From Smithellaceae bacterium (GTDB lineage: Bacteria; Desulfobacterota; Syntrophia; Syntrophales; Smithellaceae), in NCBI GenBank assembly GCA_963667845.2, contig CAXXVL010000001.1, forward strand, positions 480,001 to 544,000: DNA of 64,000 bases, written 5' to 3'. Positions within the stretch are counted from its first letter, which is position 1. Each line of letters begins with the position of its first letter. Of this stretch, positions 57,646 through 64,000 are shown one piece after another. The notes under the pieces were generated by a model. It worked only from the letters and a program-made list of their open reading frames with translations. It was not told the origin of the DNA and searched no databases. A program made the position numbers and the translations under genes.

Positions 57646-58953
57646 CTATTTATGTGTCTGCCCTGCGTGAGGGATTTTCAAAAACAAGATCAAAGCGTAG
57701 GCAATGAGCATGGAGATGACAAATACCGTGAACACGTTCTGGTAGGCTGCCAGAGGGTAGGCCGAACCTTTCCGGCCGACCGCATCCATCAGATAACCCG
57801 TAAATGGTTGAAAAAGAGCTGCCGCCAGAAAACCGGCCGGATTCATGAAGCCGACAGCGGTGCCCGTGAGCCTGGGCGGAAAAAATTCCTTGAGGATGGT
57901 CATATACAGAGAAAGCGACCCCCCGCCGAAGACGCCCATCAGAAAAAACAACGGAATGACGAATGCGCTGTTGACTTTTCCGCCCGAAAGAAAAAGCAAA
58001 CACCAGAAAGATACGGAGGGAAGCAGTGTCAGCAGGAGCATCTTCTTGCGCCCGATACGCAGCCGATCGGCCAAAATACCGATTATAGGTGACCCGACGA
58101 TGAATCCAAGCGGCAGGGCCATTAATGCCCCACCGGCCTGAAGCCGCGTGTAACCGTATACGTCTATCAAGTAGGGGACCGACCATAGCCCTTGAAAGCT
58201 GAGGCCCGGCCCGCTCGTGAAAAAATAGGACAGGGTGATCATCCAGAAGCCGGAACTCTTGAAAATAATCCCGAAGCCCTTCCCGGCAGACGGGTCGGCA
58301 GGCAGGGCCGCGGCAACCGGTGCGGGTTCCAGAGGGTGTTTGACGATGGGCGGCCAGCCTTTGTCTTCCGGTCTGTCACGAAGGATCACCCAGGCCAGGA
58401 CCGCAAGAGGAAGGGCAACGGCCGCCATGGCGATGAAAGAAAAGCGCCAGCCGAGAAGCATGACCAGGTAGGTCAGGGGCAGCGAGCCCGATAGATTCCC
58501 GAGGTTTCCCAGGGCCAGGAAGATGCCGGTCACCGTGGCGAATTCGGTCGGTTTGTACCAGCCGGAGAAAATCTTGAGTCCCGGAACGAAAATACCGCCT
58601 ACGCCGATGCCGACCAGGCCCCGGCCGACCCCGGCCATGAACATATTGGGAGCAAGGGCGAAAACCAAGCTGCCCGCGCAGGCGATGAGGGTGAAGATCG
58701 TCGCCACTTTGCGGGGACCAATCCTATCCGACAGGATGCCGACGGGGGGCTGGACGGCGGCATAGAGATAGAAATAGGTCGAGGCCATCAGACCCAGGCT
58801 CGTCGCATCGGCCCCGAATTCGATAACCAAATCCTTGGCGATGATCGTGGGGGAGATCCGGTGAAGGCAGGCCATGAAATAGATCAGCCCCAGGATGCCC
58901 AGCATCAGCCACCGATAACGAAACGGATCCTTATAGAAAGCCATCATGCGCAT
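57646..58953 (-). CDS. MFS transporter
   Basis: YRWLML, GILSDRIGPRK, GILADRL; about 12 TM helices. Confidence 0.92.
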   Translation of the reverse strand: MRMMAFYKDPFRYRWLMLGILGLIYFMACLHRISPTIIAKDLVIEFGADATSLGLMASTYFYLYAAVQPPVGILSDRIGPRKVATIFTLIACAGSLVFALAPNMFMAGVGRGLVGIGVGGIFVPGLKIFSGWYKPTEFATVTGIFLALGNLGNLSGSLPLTYLVMLLGWRFSFIAMAAVALPLAVLAWVILRDRPEDKGWPPIVKHPLEPAPVAAALPADPSAGKGFGIIFKSSGFWMITLSYFFTSGPGLSFQGLWSVPYLIDVYGYTRLQAGGALMALPLGFIVGSPIIGILADRLRIGRKKMLLLTLLPSVSFWCLLFLSGGKVNSAFVIPLFFLMGVFGGGSLSLYMTILKEFFPPRLTGTAVGFMNPAGFLAAALFQPFTGYLMDAVGRKGSAYPLAAYQNVFTVFVISMLIAYALILFLKIPHAGQTHK

Positions 58954-59072
58954 CCTGATTAAACCGGATGAACTCGCAGGGAGTTCAAATCAGTTCTTCT
59001 TTGCCGAGTAATATGGTGCGGATAATCGACGACAACGATTCGTGATATTCTGACCATGAAAGGTTTTTAAGA

Positions 59073-59107
59073 CTTTCTCCCGTACCGGTCAAGAGATTTA
59101 AGTATTA
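59073..59107. repeat. ~35-bp imperfect direct repeat, copy A (copy B at 61642-61676)
   Basis: CTTTCTCCCGTACCGGTCAAGAGATTTAAGTATTA vs CTTTCTCCCTTACCGGTCAAGAAAATTAAGCGTTA. Confidence 0.8.
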
Positions 59108-59294
59108 GGTTTCCTGTGAAGGCAAGGGGGGGATGCAGTTAACTTATTAACTTCGGATCAATTTAAACGCATTGTCTGCGGCAATCTGCTTGCCGGGTAA
59201 CGGATTTACCGCTTGCCGGAGGGATATTCCCCTTTAAGGAATGGTTTTTGAATTCACGGCAACCGATTGTCCCAGCCGCTCTCTTAAGCTCGTT

Positions 59295-59759
59295 TTACAG
59301 TTTTTCCCATGTGAACTTCAGATCCCAGTAGGAAGCAGCCTTGCCCTGATTTTTGAAGGAAAGCACTTTGATCAGATAAAGACTCTCATCCTGTGCTGCC
59401 CGGATAACATAATAGCCTTCTGACGGCGCATTGGCATAAGTTTTCCAGGCTTTTACACTCTGGGCGGCCAGGTCAACTGCCGCAGGCTTCTTTGCACCGA
59501 ATTCCTTGATCCGTTTCGCACCCAGTGCACCGAGAGCAAAGGAGAGGGCGCCGCTCCTACCCCGGTTGACGTAGAAAGAAAGATCGCAAGCAGGATCGTC
59601 GCTCTTGATGACCGCTTTGCGCTGAAAATTATAGCCTTCATAAACCTTGAGGGTCACGGTTTCCGAGGCGGCTACAGGTGAATCGGCCATCATCAGAACA
59701 GCCGCGAGGATAAAGAAACATCCTATAAAAATCCCAATTTTTTCGTATCTTGCTGCCAT
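59295..59759 (-). CDS. Hypothetical exported protein
   Basis: 154 aa; signal peptide ending near PVAA; beta-rich mature part. Confidence 0.65.
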   Translation of the reverse strand: MAARYEKIGIFIGCFFILAAVLMMADSPVAASETVTLKVYEGYNFQRKAVIKSDDPACDLSFYVNRGRSGALSFALGALGAKRIKEFGAKKPAAVDLAAQSVKAWKTYANAPSEGYYVIRAAQDESLYLIKVLSFKNQGKAASYWDLKFTWEKL

Positions 59760-60090
59760 GAGTTCGTCCCTGCGTCCTGATATTTTATACCGGCGATCAG
59801 TTCCGGTGTGAAGGCCTGCCCGGAATCGACGGCGACGCGATCTATAGGAAAAAGATTCAGACTTGTCAATGTCTAACTATGAGACGCCATTAACTCATGC
59901 CTTCGATAACGCTGCGGCAGCGGATTTGCGATCGCCGAAAAGAAAATGCGCGCCCCGCGAACCTGAAATCGTGTAAGGCATCAGCGTCGCCGATGCCTGA
60001 TCCCCCCAGGCATCGGCTTCCATAATTGATTTCCGGCCCCGATCAGGGGGAATAAGTTGATAAGTTTACGGCATCCCGCCTATATGACCC

Positions 60091-60119
60091 TTGACAGAAA
60101 AGGCCGCCTTTACTATGCT
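60091..60119 (+). promoter_or_regulatory. Sigma70 promoter for the SH3/M48 operon
   Basis: TTGACA-17 nt-TATGCT. Confidence 0.65.
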
Positions 60120-60194
60120 GTGTGTAGACGGGAAAGTTGATTGTCCACCCAAAATGTTCTGTGGTTAAACTCAAGCAGTAAATTCGAGGAGAAA

Positions 60195-60686
60195 ATGAAA
60201 CCAATCAGAATCGCTCTCTTCTTTGTTATTCTTTTCGGTTTGAGCAGCCCTTTATTTTCCGCCGGCGATGTATTTCTGACTCTTCAGATCAAACAGGGAC
60301 AACTCCGTTCCACGCCGTCATTCCTGGGACGCGTCACGTCAACGCTGACTTACGGGAGCAAAGTCAAAGTGATCGAAGATAAAGGGGCGTGGAAAAAAGT
60401 GAGCATCCGCAGCACTTCGGGATGGATACATGAATCCGCTTTAACCACAAAAACCATTGTGATGCGGTCGGGAAAAGCAAATGTCGCGGCAGAAGCCTCT
60501 CAGGGTGAGCTCGCCCTGGCCGGCAAAGGATTCAATTCCAAAGTCGAAGCTGAATTTAAAAGCAAGAACAACAGCGCTTATTATGCATGGGTGGACAAAA
60601 TGGAAGCTCAGCCCGTTAAGCCAAGCCAGATGCAAAATTTTCTTAAGCAAGGTCAGGTTACAGTACCGCAGGAGACTGTTCCATGA
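60195..60686 (+). CDS. Exported SH3b-domain protein
   Basis: Signal peptide; LRSTPSFLG...LTYGSKVKVIE..GAWKKV...GWIHESAL; ALAGKGFN tail; RBS GAGGAG. Confidence 0.82.
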   Translation: MKPIRIALFFVILFGLSSPLFSAGDVFLTLQIKQGQLRSTPSFLGRVTSTLTYGSKVKVIEDKGAWKKVSIRSTSGWIHESALTTKTIVMRSGKANVAAEASQGELALAGKGFNSKVEAEFKSKNNSAYYAWVDKMEAQPVKPSQMQNFLKQGQVTVPQETVP

Positions 60687-61639
60687 AAAGGATTCTCCTT
60701 TTCTTATATTTATTGTTGCCGTTCTTAATCATTTTAGCCGGATGTCAGTCGATGACAGTCGACAAAAAAACCTTGGGCGACACGACAACAAAGATCGGCG
60801 AGCTTGGACAGTCCGGAGCGCAAACAGTTAAAGAGGCGGGTAAAGAGAAGGGACGCACAACCAAGGAGTCGTTCAACAAAACAAAAGGCGCCGTTGCAAA
60901 AAGCTTTCAAGATTTCACTCCTGAGCAGGAATACTACATCGGCCGATCCGTCGCTGCAGTCATTCTCTCCAAGTATCCGCCATACTGGAACCCCAGAACC
61001 AATGATTATCTCAACCGCCTGGGGCAGACGCTGGCACAGGTCTCCGACATGCCGGAAATATTCCGTGGTTATCGTTTTCTCACACTGAATTCGGACGAAA
61101 TCAATGCCTTTGCCACGCCGGGCGGACACATCTTCATCACCAGAGGCCTTTTGCGCTGTTGTCTGAATGAGGACGCCGTCGCGGCCATTCTCGCCCATGA
61201 AATCGCGCACATTCAACTCAAACATGGCATCCAGGCCATCAAGAAGTCGCGGATCACGGACGCCGTTTCCATCATGGCGACTGAAAGCGTCAAGGTGCTT
61301 TCGCCGGTCGAAGCAAGCAAACTGACCGAGACTTTCGGCGGCGTTGTTTCGGATATTTCCAATACCATCAATAACGGCTACTCCCGCTCTTTTGAGCACG
61401 AGGCCGATGTCGCCGCTCGGAAAATTCTCCAACGCCTGGGATATGATCCCAACGGATTGGTGGAAGTTCTCCAGGTGATGGAAAAAACCCTGAAGCCCGG
61501 GGAGGACGGTTTTGCGAAAACCCATCCTGCCCCCAGAGACCGTATCGACAAGCTCCTGGGAAAAAACAACAATTATTCTCCGGTGCAGAAACCGGAAAAA
61601 CGGCAGGCCAGATTTCTGAATACCTTAGCTGACATCTGA
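60683..61639 (+). CDS. M48-family zinc metallopeptidase lipoprotein
   Basis: Lipobox LAGC; INAFATPGG, LAHEIAH, EHEAD, KTHP..RDRI; ATGA overlap with the SH3 gene. Confidence 0.9.
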   Translation: MKRILLFLYLLLPFLIILAGCQSMTVDKKTLGDTTTKIGELGQSGAQTVKEAGKEKGRTTKESFNKTKGAVAKSFQDFTPEQEYYIGRSVAAVILSKYPPYWNPRTNDYLNRLGQTLAQVSDMPEIFRGYRFLTLNSDEINAFATPGGHIFITRGLLRCCLNEDAVAAILAHEIAHIQLKHGIQAIKKSRITDAVSIMATESVKVLSPVEASKLTETFGGVVSDISNTINNGYSRSFEHEADVAARKILQRLGYDPNGLVEVLQVMEKTLKPGEDGFAKTHPAPRDRIDKLLGKNNNYSPVQKPEKRQARFLNTLADI

Positions 61640-61862
61640 CGCTTTCTCCCTTACCGGTCAAGAAAATTAAGCGTTATATCCCCCGAATTCCCAAATGCCG
61701 ATTGTCAATGATTGACGTGTGTGCGTGGTGCAATGCGCTGAGTTAATAGGTTTCAACCTGGCACAAAGTTGATAAGTTAACGGCGGACCTTTGGTGTCCC
61801 CCGCTGGCGGGGGTGGCGTGGCGCGCCGGGGGTGGCGGTGGCAGTTGCAGCGGGGCGCGCCT

Positions 61863-63680
61863 TCAGCGCTTTTTGTACCGGATTCCCAGATATCTCAATT
61901 CCTCGTGGGCGTCCGGTCCGACACCCGTATAGATTTGAACGGCGGTGCCCATGTTGCGCCCGAGGCCCCGGACATAGCCGAGATTATCATTCATGGGTTG
62001 AATGACATACTTATCTAAAATGATCATGCCATCGGCGATAGCCAGTTCTTTCTGATCGATACCCCATCCCGGAGTATAGCGTCGGTAATCCTCCGGATCC
62101 TGATCAACTGCATCCCATGTGCCGACGCGGGCGCTCCAGGCTGCCGGGACGGCGACAGGCGCGTATTTTTCCGCATAAACATTGATCTTGCCTTCTCTAT
62201 TGCGAACGATCACGTTGCGCCCGGAGATGACCGCAAATTCGTACTGCACTGTCTGAGAATCGGCGGACGAGAGCCAGCCGTTTGCACGCGGAACAACGGA
62301 AATAGGCCCCGTGGAATCGGTCCATTGCAGGCCGCCCGGAATACTGGCGACATTCGCATAGCCGGTTTCAGGGCAAAGCACATAGATTCCGGCCAACGCG
62401 TCGAGACTGCTTTGAGACCAGGAAACGCGAGGCGAGAATTCGGGCGAATAGGCGCCCGGCGCTTTGATGCCGGTTTTCTCTTCCAGAGCCAGTTTGAGGG
62501 CCTGTTTTGCGATATTGGCCACCGCAGCATCCGCGTCGGCTGAATTCGCAAGCACCACTACGGCGAGTTTATGATCGCGCAGCACTTCCATATGACTCTT
62601 CATGGTAACGGTGCCGCCGTTGTGCCAGCACAGCCGGCCGGCATAGTCGAGATCCGGATCGTTCAGGAGCCAGCAGAATCCGATGCGGGTGCCGAAATCC
62701 AGAGGCGGCGCAGGCTGGGCGGTGAGCATCATATCGAGCGTTGCCGAAGTCATCACACGCCCGCGTTCCCCCATTCCCCCGTTCATGATCATCTTTAAAT
62801 ATTTCGCCATGTCGTTCACAGTAGATATGACCGAACCGGCCGTACCGAGATTGCAGTAAAACGGGCCCAGTTCCTGCCCCTCCCAGTACCCCTTGGAAAG
62901 ACCGGTGATCCTGGGGCTGCTCAGAGAAAAGGCGGTCCGATCCATGCCGATCTTCTGAAGAAGAGCTTCGATGCTGGTATTGAAATCCGTCCCGGATGCC
63001 GCAGCGATAACATCGGCAAGAAGGGCAACCGCCGTATTTGAATAGGAGAAAATGAGATCGGTGGGGAAGTGGAGGTAATCGGTGCTGAGATAATCGCGCA
63101 GCCACCGGTTAAAGTTGGGGCGGGGAGATCCGGATGTAAAGGCGCCGTTCAAAACATCCCCCGGAATACCCGAGTGATGTGTGAGCATGGTCCGGATCGT
63201 GACCGGGCCGCCGCCTGGAAAACCCGGCGGGGGATTGATGCTGAAATCGGTCAGGTATGCGCTCAGAGGATTGTCGATGCGCAGCAGCCCCTGCTCGACC
63301 AGCTGCGCGGCCATGGTCCCTGTAAAGGTTTTTGTATTGGATCCGATCTCGAACTGGGTTTCGGAGGAGGCCAGTGTATTATTGGCAAGATCCGAGTACC
63401 CGAATCCCCTGGCCCAGACGGTTCTCTGATCGTCCACCAGGGCGATGGACAGACCGATGACACCCGCTGTCTGCATTTCCCGCTCGACAAAGGGAATCAT
63501 GGCCTGGATCGTTTTGTCATAGGTTGTATCCCCTCCGCTTCCCCCGCAGGCGGTGAGGACAATGAAGAGCATCAGCACCGCAAGATGCAGCCGTTTTTTT
63601 CTTTTTTGAGATTCGGTTCCTTCTGACTTTTTGAGTTGATTAGCAGCGCTGTCTTCCGCAAATTTCCTTCTAGAATCCAT
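61863..63680 (-). CDS. Serine hydrolase (beta-lactamase/PBP-like) lipoprotein
   Basis: FEIGSNTK (SxxK), LTHHSG, YSN, WHNG; LTAC lipobox; ATG 63680 with GGAG (ORF is open from 63746). Confidence 0.88.
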   Translation of the reverse strand: MDSRRKFAEDSAANQLKKSEGTESQKRKKRLHLAVLMLFIVLTACGGSGGDTTYDKTIQAMIPFVEREMQTAGVIGLSIALVDDQRTVWARGFGYSDLANNTLASSETQFEIGSNTKTFTGTMAAQLVEQGLLRIDNPLSAYLTDFSINPPPGFPGGGPVTIRTMLTHHSGIPGDVLNGAFTSGSPRPNFNRWLRDYLSTDYLHFPTDLIFSYSNTAVALLADVIAAASGTDFNTSIEALLQKIGMDRTAFSLSSPRITGLSKGYWEGQELGPFYCNLGTAGSVISTVNDMAKYLKMIMNGGMGERGRVMTSATLDMMLTAQPAPPLDFGTRIGFCWLLNDPDLDYAGRLCWHNGGTVTMKSHMEVLRDHKLAVVVLANSADADAAVANIAKQALKLALEEKTGIKAPGAYSPEFSPRVSWSQSSLDALAGIYVLCPETGYANVASIPGGLQWTDSTGPISVVPRANGWLSSADSQTVQYEFAVISGRNVIVRNREGKINVYAEKYAPVAVPAAWSARVGTWDAVDQDPEDYRRYTPGWGIDQKELAIADGMIILDKYVIQPMNDNLGYVRGLGRNMGTAVQIYTGVGPDAHEELRYLGIRYKKR

Positions 63681-63870
63681 CGCTCCAGCTTCTCCCCATT
63701 TTTTGGCAGGACTATATATGAAGAACAAAATAAAGGTGCGTGTCAATCAATATCGGCCGGCCGGGATTCATGTCCTCCTGGTTTTTTTGGCATGAGTTGC
63801 TGGGAACACAAAGCGGGACACTCTTAAATAGTTAAATAACTCAGATAACCCTTGCCAGTTCAGGCATTCC

Positions 63871-63906
63871 GGCGGTTGAAGTTTATTTCTTCAACCGCCT
63901 TTTTTG
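63871..63906 (+). terminator. Strong intrinsic terminator-like hairpin
   Basis: GGCGGTTGAAG-TTTATTT-CTTCAACCGCC followed by a T run. Confidence 0.7.
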
Positions 63907-64000
63907 AAAATAAACAAACCGTCCGATATCCTATGATGATCCCAACCTCATTTTGCCGAACCCAAAATACCGATGAAATAGGGGTTCATGCCGGTAATCA

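Noticed and set aside
61837..61856. Reverse complement GCCCCGCTGCAACTGCCACC resembling cobalamin riboswitch motifs
   Set aside because: Lacks the other conserved elements and lies downstream of genes; better explained as a TIR element end.
61863..63680. Beta-lactam resistance gene
   Set aside because: The motifs fit the broad serine hydrolase family with extra C-terminal domains; there is no specific evidence of beta-lactamase activity.

Overview
Gene-dense bacterial chromosome segment. The gene content (CCG-domain Fe-S proteins, acyl-CoA enzymes, C-GCAxxG-C-C, NifB/NifX, multiheme cytochrome) suggests an anaerobic Desulfobacterota/Syntrophales-like organism; this is inference. 1-16 kb is largely housekeeping: RND efflux operon, hybrid histidine kinase plus response regulator, rlmN, icd, aconitase and envelope genes. 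16-48 kb is a mosaic of redox, hydrolase and acyl-CoA metabolism genes. 49-64 kb is an accessory region rich in dispersed repeats, MITE/REP-like elements and a transposase scar. No rRNA, tRNA, CRISPR array or intact transposase was recognised. The best candidate for an undescribed system is a compact module at 15.8-17.2 kb: a Crp/Fnr regulator, a perfect TTGAT-N4-ATCAA box, thioredoxin, and a 59-aa membrane-anchored ORF absent from the ORF track. That ORF has an in-frame TGA followed by a SECIS-like hairpin, making it a candidate U-x4-C selenoprotein. Other points are a nonaheme lipoprotein cytochrome, two pseudogenes that can be reconstructed by eye, and a filled/empty site pair for a ~440-bp TIR element. 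All family assignments come from motif recognition by eye, not database searches.
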